Virus record (IMG/VR): IMGVR_UViG_3300005144_000002
Span: 1-32,478 of that record
Strand: one strand, 5' to 3'
Length of the DNA: 32,478 bases
Origin: a virus
Taxonomy: Duplodnaviria > Caudoviricetes
A model generated the notes under the pieces. It did no database searches. It was not told the origin of the DNA and was given only the letters and a program-made list of their open reading frames with translations. Shown here piece by piece: positions 14,585-24,073 of this stretch (its first letter is position 1; each line of letters opens with the position of its first letter). The position numbers and the translations under genes were made by a program.

Positions 14585-15882
14585 ACGCGGATTTAAAGCT
14601 TGCATTCGAATCTATTATCGAGAAACAGAAAGACCACACTGAAAAGTTTAATTATTACGATGGCCAACAGCCTTTGGTTTATTTAACGTATCGCTTGCGA
14701 GAAATATTCCAGGGTTTGGATATTGAGTTTATGGATAACTGGTGTGCGGTGGTTATTGATGCTGTGAAAGAAAGAATTAACCTTTCAGGGCTAAATGTTC
14801 CAAAAGCGCACCAGAATGCAATGAATGAGATCTGGACTTTGAATGAGCTGAATTTAGAAGCAGATGAGGTACATGAATCAGCATTAGTGGCTGGCGAAGC
14901 ATTTGTGATTGCCTGGCCGGATGAGAAAAAAATCCCCAGGGCATATTACAACGATCCGAGATTGTGTCACAGTTTTTATCGAAGTGATAACCCGCGAGAA
15001 TTGCGCATGGCGGCAAAGATGTGGGTGGATGATAGTGGATACTACCGTTTGACACTGTATTATCCTGATCGGCTTGAATACTACGCAAGCACTCAGAAGG
15101 CGGTTCAAGTTTCAAGTTACAGGTCTTTTAAAGTAATGGAAACCCCAAGTGCAAAAAATCCTTATGGAAAAATCCCAGTTTTTCATTTCAGGCTGGAGCG
15201 GCGCGGTCGGAAGAGTGACTTAACTAGCGTCATACCATTGCAAAGGGGAGTGAACAAATTGCTTAATGACATGATGGTAGCTGCTGAGTACGGTGCATTT
15301 AAACAGCGATATGTGATCAGCCAGGTGGATGATCTTTCACAGTTAAAGAATGCGCCCAATGAAGTATGGAGTATTCCAGGATCAGATGGCATCGGGCAGG
15401 GAACCGAGGTGGGAGAATTCGGTATTACACCTCTGCAGAATTACATTGAAGCTATTGATAAACTCGCCGGCGATATGGGACGAATTACCCGGACTCCAAA
15501 GCACTATTTCTACCACCAGGGTGGAGATCCAAGTGGCGAGGCATTGATTGCTCAAGAAGCGCCACTTAATAAGAAAGCTCAGGACCGGATTGAAAAATTC
15601 AGTTCAGTTTGGCGACGGCTAGGCTCTTTCTTGTTGGAGTTGAAGGGGATCAATGTAAACCCAATGGAAATAACCCCGGTGTGGGATCCGGTCGAGACGG
15701 TACAACCCAGAACGCAAGCGGAGATTCGATTGTTTGACAGGCAATCTGGAATTCCCTTGATCACTATACTGCGTCGGGCTGGCTGGTCTCAGGCTGAAAT
15801 TGATCAAATGCTTCAAGAAGCAGAATCGGATGTTGAAGGGCTTGGTGAGAAGATACTGAGCGCATTTGATAAAGGTAAGTAA
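14581..15882 (+). CDS. Portal protein (SPP1 gp6-like)
   Basis: 'YY.G.Q.L', 'NWC.VVID', 'NP.G.IPV', 'SGEAL'; follows terL. Confidence 0.9.
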   Translation: MNADLKLAFESIIEKQKDHTEKFNYYDGQQPLVYLTYRLREIFQGLDIEFMDNWCAVVIDAVKERINLSGLNVPKAHQNAMNEIWTLNELNLEADEVHESALVAGEAFVIAWPDEKKIPRAYYNDPRLCHSFYRSDNPRELRMAAKMWVDDSGYYRLTLYYPDRLEYYASTQKAVQVSSYRSFKVMETPSAKNPYGKIPVFHFRLERRGRKSDLTSVIPLQRGVNKLLNDMMVAAEYGAFKQRYVISQVDDLSQLKNAPNEVWSIPGSDGIGQGTEVGEFGITPLQNYIEAIDKLAGDMGRITRTPKHYFYHQGGDPSGEALIAQEAPLNKKAQDRIEKFSSVWRRLGSFLLELKGINVNPMEITPVWDPVETVQPRTQAEIRLFDRQSGIPLITILRRAGWSQAEIDQMLQEAESDVEGLGEKILSAFDKGK

Positions 15883-15897
15883 TTCGTGTAGGCAATT

Positions 15898-17679
15898 ATG
15901 ACAGATTACGAAGGCGATCTTTACGCTACAAGTGACCGGTTTCGGAAGGCATTGTTGAATTCTGAGCGTGCAGCCGCCAGCGAGATGATCCGAGTTTATG
16001 GAAATATTTGGAAAGAAATTAATACTCAGATCAGAGAAATTGGCCGGGATTATTACGCAAATCAGGCAGCTGGAATAGCAACTGATAAAGTCTGGCTGCA
16101 ACAGCTTGGCAGGTTGAAATTGCTTAGAAAACAAGTTGAATCTGAACTGGCAAGGTTTGCAAAGTACGCAGAAGATAAGGTGATATCTGAGCAAGCGGCA
16201 GCGGTAAGAAGCGCTCAAGAGCATGCTGAGAAGCTTATACGAACTGGACTAGGATTGCCTCTACAGGGACCAGCCATTCTTCCTGGTGAAGTGCGCCTGG
16301 TGTTCAATCGTTTGCCTGCTCAACCAATAAAGGAATTAATTGGATTCATGCAGGATGGCTCACCATTGAAAGAATTATTCGATGGGCTCCCAAATGACGG
16401 TGGCAAAATTGTGGAAGAAGGTCTCATCCAGGGTCTGGCATTAGGCTTGAGCCCTGCTCGAATTGCCAATAATATTCGTCAGGGTTTAGGGGGGAATTTA
16501 GTGCGTGCATTGACTATTGCCAGAACAGAAGTGCTTCGCTCTTACCGCGAAGCCAGCCGGTTGACTTACAAAGAAAATGAAGATATTGTTGCTGGGTGGA
16601 TATGGCGAAGCGCAAGGAACACAAGAACCTGCGCATGCTGTTGGGCAATGGATGGAACAGAACACAGTTTGGACGAGCGGCTTGATGATCATCCTAATGG
16701 ACGGTGTTTTATGGTTCCAAAAACCAGGACATGGGCTGAAATTGGAAATAAGCTTGGCGTGAATCTTTCTGAATTGGATAACATGATGCCGGCTTTTAAA
16801 AATCCGGTTTCTGGAATTGAAGCATTTAACCTCTTGCCTGAAACCGAAAAATTAGAAGTTTTAGGGCCGGCCAAATTTGCGGCTTATCAGGATGGCAAGA
16901 TCCAATTAAAAGATTTAGTTGGAAGGCGGTTTAACCAACGATGGGGCTCCATGCGTTATGAAAAAAGTCTGGTAAAGATATTAGGTTCTGGTTCAAAAGG
17001 TTTTGTTGCTGTCGCGCACCAGAAAAAGCCAAATGTATATATTTCTGCAGGAAAGCCGGTTAGTGACGCGATAAAGGTGCCAACTGGAAAACTTGAGAAA
17101 AGCACCCGCAAAATACTGAGTATCATCGATAATATCCATGGTGATGGGCAGTTACCCCTGTTGTCATTGAAAGGAAAGAAATCGGCACCTTTTTATGGTT
17201 GTTACAGTTTTTATTCAAATACTGGTGATCCTGCGGGGATAACAATTAATTACAGTGGATCCCACATTGAATTAACAATGGCGCATGAGATTGGTCATTA
17301 CTTGGACCATTGGGGGATCGGTAGGCAAGCTGAATTCGCATCTTTGTCTGATTCTCTTATGGATGAGTGGAGAAAAGCAGTTGATCAAAGTGATGCTATA
17401 ATGACGCTAAATGGTTATAGAAATGTGAATTCTATTGGATCTTCATTTATCAACCAGGGGCATGTTAGTTATTTGCTTACCAGGCAAGAACAGTTTGCTA
17501 GAAGCTATGCCCAGTATATTGCTGTAAAAAGTAAAGATCAAGGTCTTTTGGATCAGCTTGATGGTATTCGAAATGATCAAAATGACATTTACCGGTTTCG
17601 ACAATGGCAAGAGCAAGATTTTGAACCCATCAAGGTTGCTTTTGATAATTTGTTTTTGAAGTTGGGGTGGATGAAATGA
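15898..17679 (+). CDS. MuF/SPP1-gp7 minor head protein with C-terminal HExxH zincin (LPD1/MPTase-like) extension
   Basis: 'IARTE', 'RTC..C..MDG...HPNGRC' MuF core; C-terminal 'AHEIGHYLDH' and 'YL....E.FARSYAQY'. Confidence 0.82.
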   Translation: MTDYEGDLYATSDRFRKALLNSERAAASEMIRVYGNIWKEINTQIREIGRDYYANQAAGIATDKVWLQQLGRLKLLRKQVESELARFAKYAEDKVISEQAAAVRSAQEHAEKLIRTGLGLPLQGPAILPGEVRLVFNRLPAQPIKELIGFMQDGSPLKELFDGLPNDGGKIVEEGLIQGLALGLSPARIANNIRQGLGGNLVRALTIARTEVLRSYREASRLTYKENEDIVAGWIWRSARNTRTCACCWAMDGTEHSLDERLDDHPNGRCFMVPKTRTWAEIGNKLGVNLSELDNMMPAFKNPVSGIEAFNLLPETEKLEVLGPAKFAAYQDGKIQLKDLVGRRFNQRWGSMRYEKSLVKILGSGSKGFVAVAHQKKPNVYISAGKPVSDAIKVPTGKLEKSTRKILSIIDNIHGDGQLPLLSLKGKKSAPFYGCYSFYSNTGDPAGITINYSGSHIELTMAHEIGHYLDHWGIGRQAEFASLSDSLMDEWRKAVDQSDAIMTLNGYRNVNSIGSSFINQGHVSYLLTRQEQFARSYAQYIAVKSKDQGLLDQLDGIRNDQNDIYRFRQWQEQDFEPIKVAFDNLFLKLGWMK

Positions 17680-17915
17680 AAACTTATAGCGATAGTGAGA
17701 AAGAAGCTATTAAACAAAAAGCCCTTGAATTGATGAAAAGCGGTAGAGCTAATCAAGAATTCAAGGGTTTGAGTGACGAAGAAGCCATGGTGTTGATTCT
17801 TCCTTCTGTTGGATTCAATGATCAAGAAGCCAGGTTTATTTTGGCTAGGGCAAGAGGAGAATTGTCGGATACATCAGAAGATGAAGATGGTAATGCCATT
17901 TCAAATCTATATTGA
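17676..17915 (+). CDS. Small acidic protein, candidate immunity/partner of the MuF C-terminal domain
   Basis: ATGA overlap with MuF stop; 79 aa; acidic tail. Confidence 0.55.
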   Translation: MKTYSDSEKEAIKQKALELMKSGRANQEFKGLSDEEAMVLILPSVGFNDQEARFILARARGELSDTSEDEDGNAISNLY

Positions 17916-18023
17916 ACAGGATTCTAAATATGCTATAATACGCATGTACAAATAAATACAGCGGTATTTTAACCGGAATCCGCCCGGCACTCTCAATTCG
18001 AGGGTCGCCGGGTTTTTTGTTTT
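17912..18023 (+). promoter_or_regulatory. Late promoter + conserved leader + intrinsic terminator (copy 2)
   Basis: TTGAAC-N16-(TGc)TATAAT(17934); GCGGTAT...ATCCGC; CCCGGC-ACTCTC-AATTC-GAGGGT-C-GCCGGG-TTTTTTGTTTT. Confidence 0.72.
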
Positions 18024-18046
18024 AACCCATTGGAAAGAGGTGAGGA

Positions 18047-18430
18047 ATGAAATTCGAAGCATTTCTATCTGAGTTTGTCCAGCAGCTGCTTTTATATATC
18101 TTACCAATCCTCGCTGCAGCATTAGCAAGCTGGTTGATCGTGCAGGTATCGAAAGGCCTGGCTGAATTGAAAGCTGTACGTCCCGATGTGTATCGAGATT
18201 TGATGTGGGTTGCTAAAGGTGTTGTTCAAGCAGCTGAGCAGTCAGGTGCAGCCGGGTTAATCACAGATAAGAAGAAATATGCCATCAATATCGCCGAAAA
18301 GTGGCTTGCCACTAAAGGGTGGAATATTGATCTTGATTTGATCGATGCTGCAGTAGAGCAGGCCGTGTGGGATGAAATCAATAAGTACAAAGCTTTGCCG
18401 ATTTCCACACTGAGCGAAGTAATCGAATAG
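18047..18430 (+). CDS. Holin, LL-H family
   Basis: N-terminal TM; 'V.AAEQ.......KK.YA......L...G..ID...IDAAVE.AV'. Confidence 0.8.
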   Translation: MKFEAFLSEFVQQLLLYILPILAAALASWLIVQVSKGLAELKAVRPDVYRDLMWVAKGVVQAAEQSGAAGLITDKKKYAINIAEKWLATKGWNIDLDLIDAAVEQAVWDEINKYKALPISTLSEVIE

Positions 18431-18446
18431 GCCAAATGGTGCTGTG

Positions 18447-18809
18447 ATGCCGCCCACCGCTGGCCAAAACTATAGCATGCAAACGCAGATCAATGCGCTC
18501 AAGGAAAGCATGGAAAAAGGATTCGACGAAATCAAGCGCATGATTCGCGATTTCGACGTGCGCGTGCGTGAAGTGGAAAACCGCGAAGCTGCTTGCCAGC
18601 CGGTGGTCCAGCAGCGCTTGGATGCGGCCTGGCGCAAGATTGACGAACACTCCACCCAAATCAAAGAGCAGGACGCCCGCCTGGATGCGATGAACAACCT
18701 CATCACCAAATTGGAGCAGGCCAATACTCTGCTGGTCTGGCTGTTAGGCATATTGGGCGCGGCCGTGATCGGCTGGCTGGTCACCCAGATTCTCAAAGGA
18801 ATCGCGTAA
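18447..18809 (+). CDS. Coiled-coil protein with C-terminal TM (XhlA-like lysis accessory)
   Basis: Heptad-rich body and one C-terminal TM; lies between holin and endolysin. Start uncertain. Confidence 0.6.
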   Translation: MPPTAGQNYSMQTQINALKESMEKGFDEIKRMIRDFDVRVREVENREAACQPVVQQRLDAAWRKIDEHSTQIKEQDARLDAMNNLITKLEQANTLLVWLLGILGAAVIGWLVTQILKGIA

Positions 18810-19720
18810 TGGTCTACCCACAACTGCCTTATGTGTTTGGCCCAGATATCTCCGTCTGGCAGGATGATAACTCTACTGCCCAGATGGTGGATTTTGGCGT
18901 TATGCGCCAGGCGGGCGCCACGTTTGTGGGCATCAAGGTTTCACAGTCCACCTGGATTGATCAGGACTTTGTTTACAACTGGCATAACGCCAGGTTGAAG
19001 GGCATCCCGCGCAAGGCATATCACTTTTTGGACTGGGATAAGACCGGCAAAGAACAGGCGCGCACCTTTTACGGCGCATTGAAGGATGATCCGCCCGAGT
19101 TGCTGGCGGTGTGTGACTACGAAAAGCGCACCAACGCGCCTGGCAGATCCAAAATGCTGGACACGCTTTACGACTTCATGGAAGAGCAGAAGCGGCTGTT
19201 TGATCTGCTCGATCGCCGCCCAAAGGACGCCATCTATACCGGCATTTCCTTCTGGAAAGAATTCGGAAGCACAGATTCCTATTGGGCGCGGTATTTACTG
19301 TGGCTGGCGTTCTATTCCACGATGGTGCCGGCAGCCCCCAAGCCCTGGTCTCAATGGACCTTCTGGCAGTGGGGCACGCCAGCGTGGGGCTTGAAATTTG
19401 GGGCTGAATCCAAAGATCTCGATATGAATTACTTTAGGGGTAATAAGGCGGAGTTCTGTAAATTCTTTGACCTTGAATGTGAAGAAGAACCTATTGTAGA
19501 AGAACCGAAATTTAGAAATCTCTGGGTTGATGTTGGATCTTTGAACCTGCGAACGACTCCAGGAAAAGAAAGATCAACTATCATTGGCCAGGCATTTAAA
19601 GATGCTGAGGTCGTTGTGCTTGATCGTCAAATACTGGGAGAAGACATCTGGATAAAAGTCCAAATAGAAGGATGGATGGCTCAACAATATCAGGGTTATC
19701 GATACATGCGAGATGCATGA
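18809..19720 (+). CDS. Endolysin: GH25 muramidase + C-terminal SH3b domain
   Basis: 'DISVWQ', 'AYHF', 'DYE', 'LWLA.Y', 'WTFWQW', 'DLD.N.F'; 'LNLR..P....I' SH3b. Confidence 0.88.
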   Translation: MVYPQLPYVFGPDISVWQDDNSTAQMVDFGVMRQAGATFVGIKVSQSTWIDQDFVYNWHNARLKGIPRKAYHFLDWDKTGKEQARTFYGALKDDPPELLAVCDYEKRTNAPGRSKMLDTLYDFMEEQKRLFDLLDRRPKDAIYTGISFWKEFGSTDSYWARYLLWLAFYSTMVPAAPKPWSQWTFWQWGTPAWGLKFGAESKDLDMNYFRGNKAEFCKFFDLECEEEPIVEEPKFRNLWVDVGSLNLRTTPGKERSTIIGQAFKDAEVVVLDRQILGEDIWIKVQIEGWMAQQYQGYRYMRDA

Positions 19721-19776
19721 TTGGATACTGAGTATCAATTGGGTGGTCCGAGATGGACCAAAGGAGTTCAAGCGAG

Positions 19777-20313
19777 ATGCTTTTAAAACGCTTTTTTTAT
19801 TTCGATGCCGATGATGGCAAAAGTGGTGGAAACAATCAGGAGAATAATGAGACGTTTGATGCCTGGTTGGAAAAACAAGATCCATCTGTTAAGGGGTTGT
19901 ATGAAAGTCATGTTGCAAACCTAAAATCTGCTTTGGAAAGCGAGCGCACCAGCAGAAAAGATGCGGAGCGACAGCTGAGAGAGCTGGCAGTTCAGGCTGG
20001 GAAAGGTAGTGAAGCAGAAAAAAAGCTGACCGAGATGGCAGATCAACTTGCTGAAGCTACACGACGGGCTGCATTTTATGAGCAAGCGCCTGGTGCTGGA
20101 ATTCGTAATGTTACGGCTGCATACAAATTAGCCAATGCGGATGGATTATTTGATGGGGAAAAAGTGGATTTCAAGAAATTGCATGAAGCTTACCCAGAAT
20201 TGTTTGGAGAGAATGAACCTCCCCCCGGAAATGCGGGAGAAGGTAATGAAAAGAATGGACTGCCGAAAAAAGGGATGAATCAATTCATCCGTGCTGCTGC
20301 CGGTAGAAAGTAA
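19777..20313 (+). CDS. Capsid scaffolding protein
   Basis: Coiled coil, 'YPELF', C-terminal 'MNQFIR.AAGR'; directly before the capsid gene. Start 19777 (SD AGGAG) or 19753. Confidence 0.75.
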   Translation: MLLKRFFYFDADDGKSGGNNQENNETFDAWLEKQDPSVKGLYESHVANLKSALESERTSRKDAERQLRELAVQAGKGSEAEKKLTEMADQLAEATRRAAFYEQAPGAGIRNVTAAYKLANADGLFDGEKVDFKKLHEAYPELFGENEPPPGNAGEGNEKNGLPKKGMNQFIRAAAGRK

Positions 20314-20334
20314 GTGTAACCAGGAGAAAAAGAG

Positions 20335-21336
20335 ATGCCTTACAACTCAATTATCAATCGAACCGATGCTGAAGCGCTGATCCCTGAAGAGGTCTCACGC
20401 GAGATTATTCAAGAAGTCCCTACCAGCTCTTCAGTAATGCAACTGGCACGTAAGCTGCCAAATATGAGTCGAAAGCAGCGCAAAATGCCTGTGCTTGACG
20501 CTCTCATCAGTGCGTATTTTGTGAATGGCGACACTGGTCTTAAACAGACTTCTGAAGTCGCGTGGGCAAATAAATACGTCACCGCGGAAGAAATGGCTGT
20601 GATAGTTCCCATACCTGAAGCAGTTTTGGAAGATGAAGACTACGACATCTGGGGCGAAGTAAAACCCCGGATTATTGAGGCTTTTGGCCGTGCGTTTGAT
20701 GCCGCTGTGGTTTTAGGAACGAATATTCCTGCCGCTTGGGTAATTGATATGGGTAACCATTCTGGTCTATTGGATGGTTGTACAGATGCCAGTCATGTGT
20801 TAGATCTTTCAAATGAATTGGCCGCCGGAAAGGATATGTTTGATGTCATTCTAGGTGAAGGCGGTTTACTTTCATTTGTGGAAGAAGATGGATATGAAAT
20901 CAATGGCCATGTTGCTTCTTTGAAAATGAAAGCAAAACTCCGCGGAGTGCGGGCGAAAGTATTCAATGGTGTGGATTCAATGGTGCCAGCTGGTGAACCT
21001 ATCTTCGTGCGGTCAATGCAAGAAAGTGGCCGTTATGAATTGGATGGCGTTTCGATTCTGTTCCCGAAGAATGGGGCGATCCCCGCTGATTCTTTGTTGC
21101 AGGTTAGTGGCGATTGGAACCAGTTAGTTTATTCAATTCGCACTGATGTTACCTACAAAATTCTGACTGAAGCGGTCATCCAGGACAATACCGGGGCGAT
21201 TATTTACAACTTGGCTCAGCAGGATATGGTAGCTTTGCGGGCTGTGATGCGTCTTGGCGTTGCCTTGCCAAATCCCATCAATGCCGTTAATCAGGATGCT
21301 GCAACCCGATTCCCCTTCAGTGCTTTGGTGCCGTAA
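20335..21336 (+). CDS. Major capsid protein (HK97 fold)
   Basis: 'ALIPEE', 'AVIVPIPE..L.D', 'GDW', 'NL.QQDMVALR..MR.G'. Confidence 0.92.
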   Translation: MPYNSIINRTDAEALIPEEVSREIIQEVPTSSSVMQLARKLPNMSRKQRKMPVLDALISAYFVNGDTGLKQTSEVAWANKYVTAEEMAVIVPIPEAVLEDEDYDIWGEVKPRIIEAFGRAFDAAVVLGTNIPAAWVIDMGNHSGLLDGCTDASHVLDLSNELAAGKDMFDVILGEGGLLSFVEEDGYEINGHVASLKMKAKLRGVRAKVFNGVDSMVPAGEPIFVRSMQESGRYELDGVSILFPKNGAIPADSLLQVSGDWNQLVYSIRTDVTYKILTEAVIQDNTGAIIYNLAQQDMVALRAVMRLGVALPNPINAVNQDAATRFPFSALVP

Positions 21337-21364
21337 TCTGATTTGTTGATAGAGGGAGATTGAT

Positions 21365-21736
21365 ATGGCGGCAGCAGCAGATTTGATTCCACGCTTCAGG
21401 CGTATGATTGCAGAACCCACTCAGGATGTGTATTCAGATGTGGTCTTGATTGAAGTTATTGAAAGTCATCCTTCTCAGGATCCTTCTGGGAGTTTTCCGG
21501 AATATGCTGATTGGGAACCTTCCTATGACCTAAATGCTGCTGCCGCTGAAATATGGTCTGAAAAAGCGGCTGCCCTGGCATCTAATTTTGATTTCTCAGC
21601 GGATGGATCCAATTTCAGCCGCAGTCAAGCGTATCAACAAGCTATAGCGCAAGCAAGACATTTCAGTGCTCGCCGAAAGCCTTCCACAATTCGCCTTCAG
21701 ATGGCCCCTCGACCTGAGGTAGAAGATGTTGACTGA
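21365..21736 (+). CDS. Head-tail adaptor (connector)
   Basis: Position after capsid gene; 'YDL.AAAA..W..KAA...DFS.DG..FSRSQ'. Confidence 0.7.
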   Translation: MAAAADLIPRFRRMIAEPTQDVYSDVVLIEVIESHPSQDPSGSFPEYADWEPSYDLNAAAAEIWSEKAAALASNFDFSADGSNFSRSQAYQQAIAQARHFSARRKPSTIRLQMAPRPEVEDVD

Positions 21737-22082
21737 AGAAGAGTTATCTCAGATTCAGATTGATATTATTGCAAGCTTTCCAGAAACCTGTGAAATTTAC
21801 CATCAAGTTTTCATCTCTGATGGAGCAGGAGGGGAAAAAAGCGACTGGTCAATTTCAAATACTACGAAAGGGCGGATTGGTCCAGTAGGCAGAGACCCTG
21901 TTGAAAGAGTATTAGCAGAAAAGGTTTCCAATTCTCAGCCTTATGTCATCACGATGCCTGCTGGAACAGTGGTTTCTGAAACTGATCAGATCCAGATTGG
22001 TGGAAGGGTTTTTGAAGTAGTGGGCGTTATTCAAAGAAGTCTGGAAACAGCGAGACGCGTTATTTGTAAAGAGGTCAGATGA
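21726..22082 (+). CDS. Head-closure (stopper) protein
   Basis: 'DG.GG...W', 'D.I...G..FEV.GV'; synteny. Confidence 0.7.
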   Translation: MLTEEELSQIQIDIIASFPETCEIYHQVFISDGAGGEKSDWSISNTTKGRIGPVGRDPVERVLAEKVSNSQPYVITMPAGTVVSETDQIQIGGRVFEVVGVIQRSLETARRVICKEVR

Positions 22083-22498
22083 AACCAGGTTATCGAATTG
22101 TTTACAACCGCTTTCCAAAGATTGCAGCCCAATTTCCGGCAGCTACTGAAGCAATTGTAAAGAAGACTACCTTGGAAATTGAAAAGATCTCTAAAGAAAG
22201 TATGGAGGACCCCAAAAGTGGTCGGCTTTACCCACGTGGAAAGAAAACACACCGTGCCAGTGCGCCGGGTGAACCGCCAGCGGTAGATAGCGGAAATCTG
22301 GCAAACTCTATTCAGTCCGAGGTTTCAATGCTTTCGAATGGTCCAAGAGGAGCGGTGTTCACAAATACTGAGTATGCGGTGGGGCTGGAATTTGGAACCC
22401 GTAAGATGGCAGCCCGTCCATTCATGAAACCAGCAGCTGACAGAATGCGACCGGTGTACTTAGCTGCTTTAAAGAAAATCGAGGAATCATTGAAATGA
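22079..22498 (+). CDS. HK97-gp10-family neck/tail-completion protein
   Basis: 'PAVDSGNL..SI', 'YA..LEFGT.KMAARPFM.PA'. Confidence 0.85.
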   Translation: MKPGYRIVYNRFPKIAAQFPAATEAIVKKTTLEIEKISKESMEDPKSGRLYPRGKKTHRASAPGEPPAVDSGNLANSIQSEVSMLSNGPRGAVFTNTEYAVGLEFGTRKMAARPFMKPAADRMRPVYLAALKKIEESLK

Positions 22499-22698
22499 GC
22501 ACATTCTTAAATCGGGAGCAGGCGCAAAAACAAAATGAACACAATCTTGAAGAACAAATCAATGCTTTGAGTGCTGAAAATGAAGTTCTTCACGAAATGT
22601 TGGGCAACTATGCTGCAAAGGTGGCCAAACTTGAAGTAGAAATACTTCTTTTGCACTCTAGGGAAGAAGGTGTCAATGGCGGAAATCAACCAGATTGA
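22495..22698 (+). CDS. Small coiled-coil hypothetical protein
   Basis: ATGA-coupled; heptad pattern. Confidence 0.5.
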   Translation: MSTFLNREQAQKQNEHNLEEQINALSAENEVLHEMLGNYAAKVAKLEVEILLLHSREEGVNGGNQPD

Positions 22699-23068
22699 GC
22701 GCTGGATTTTTGAAATTCTTTCAGCCGATTCAGCTCTGACTCAACTGAGTAAAGGAGTGCATGCTCACCCAGCTGATCAGAATGCTGAATATCCATTTGT
22801 GTCTTTCCAGTACCAAGGCGGTTTTGATCTTAATGGCGTAGGTGCCAGACGAATTTATGTGAACGCACTTTACTTGGTAAGAGTGATTGGAAAGAATTGT
22901 GGAATTGAGGATCTCAAATTGGTGGCTGACCGCATTGATAGTCTACTTACCGCGCAGAAAGAAGGAAATATTGTCTGTTTCCGGGAGCAACCATTTTCCA
23001 TGGTTGAAGCAGAAGATGGAATCAGATACTCCCACCTGGGAGGTTTGTACCGGTTTTATGTAAGTTAA
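22676..23068 (+). CDS. Tail terminator protein (DUF3168-like)
   Basis: 'L.AD..L', 'YPFV'; precedes the tail tube gene. Confidence 0.7.
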   Translation: MAEINQIERWIFEILSADSALTQLSKGVHAHPADQNAEYPFVSFQYQGGFDLNGVGARRIYVNALYLVRVIGKNCGIEDLKLVADRIDSLLTAQKEGNIVCFREQPFSMVEAEDGIRYSHLGGLYRFYVS

Positions 23069-23078
23069 GGAGCCAAAG

Positions 23079-24065
23079 ATGGCAGAACGATCTAGTATTT
23101 TTCAAACTGTGCAAATTGGTGTGGAAGTCAACCATGGTGTAGCCGTACCGGCGAATCGCAAGCTGCAATCCGTTGGTCTTTCCACTGCGATGAAAACTGA
23201 TATCAAAAAATTCCGGCCGGCTGGCAGTAAGTTTCCAACAATTACTGCGCTTGGAAAAGAATGGGTGGAACACAGTCTCAGCGGCCAGTTAACTTACACC
23301 GAGATTTTGTATCTCTTTGCTTCGATTTTCGGTCTTGATGCTGGCCAACCAACAGATAATCTTGATGGATCTTATACCTGGTTATTTTCACCAAAAGCGA
23401 ACCAGGCAGATAACTTTGTTACCTTTACGATTGAACAAGGTGGAAGTGTTCGAAGCCAGCGATCTACATACGGTCTGGTAAAAGACCTGACTTTGAATTT
23501 CAGTCGTGATGAAGCTACGGTTGAGGGTGGCGCATTGGCTCAAGCGCTAGAAGACAATGTTGTAATGACAGGAGCGCCTTCAGCTATTGACCTTGTACCT
23601 GTGCTCCCAACACATATTTGTATATACCTGTCAGATACATTTGCAGGTCTTGACGCGGCAGACCCACTTCAGCGTGTTCTATCCTGTTCTTATTCAATGG
23701 CAGATCGTTTTGGGGCGATTTGGCCTATGAATAGAAACTTGAATTCATTTGGCGCTGTAGTGGAAACCGAACCAAAACCACAATTAAAGCTTAAGATGGA
23801 AGCCGATGCTGAAGGTATGGCTTTATTGAATTCCATGCGAAGCGGTTCCACTAAATTCCTTCGTATCGAAGCTGTCGGAGATGAGATCGCTGTTGGAGTA
23901 CCTTATGAATTGATTATTGATACTGCAGTGCAGGTGGAAGAGCCAGGAGAATTTGAGGATGCTGATGGACTTTATGCAATAGAGTGGACTTTTACCGCGA
24001 TTCAAGATAGTGCATGGAATAAAGCAACTCAATTATCTGTGACCAATTCCATTTCAACTCTGTAG
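23079..24065 (+). CDS. Major tail (tube) protein
   Basis: 'QIGVE...G..V.A' start; beta-rich; precedes chaperone and tape measure; no sheath gene present. Confidence 0.78.
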   Translation: MAERSSIFQTVQIGVEVNHGVAVPANRKLQSVGLSTAMKTDIKKFRPAGSKFPTITALGKEWVEHSLSGQLTYTEILYLFASIFGLDAGQPTDNLDGSYTWLFSPKANQADNFVTFTIEQGGSVRSQRSTYGLVKDLTLNFSRDEATVEGGALAQALEDNVVMTGAPSAIDLVPVLPTHICIYLSDTFAGLDAADPLQRVLSCSYSMADRFGAIWPMNRNLNSFGAVVETEPKPQLKLKMEADAEGMALLNSMRSGSTKFLRIEAVGDEIAVGVPYELIIDTAVQVEEPGEFEDADGLYAIEWTFTAIQDSAWNKATQLSVTNSISTL

Positions 24066-24073
24066 GAGAAACT

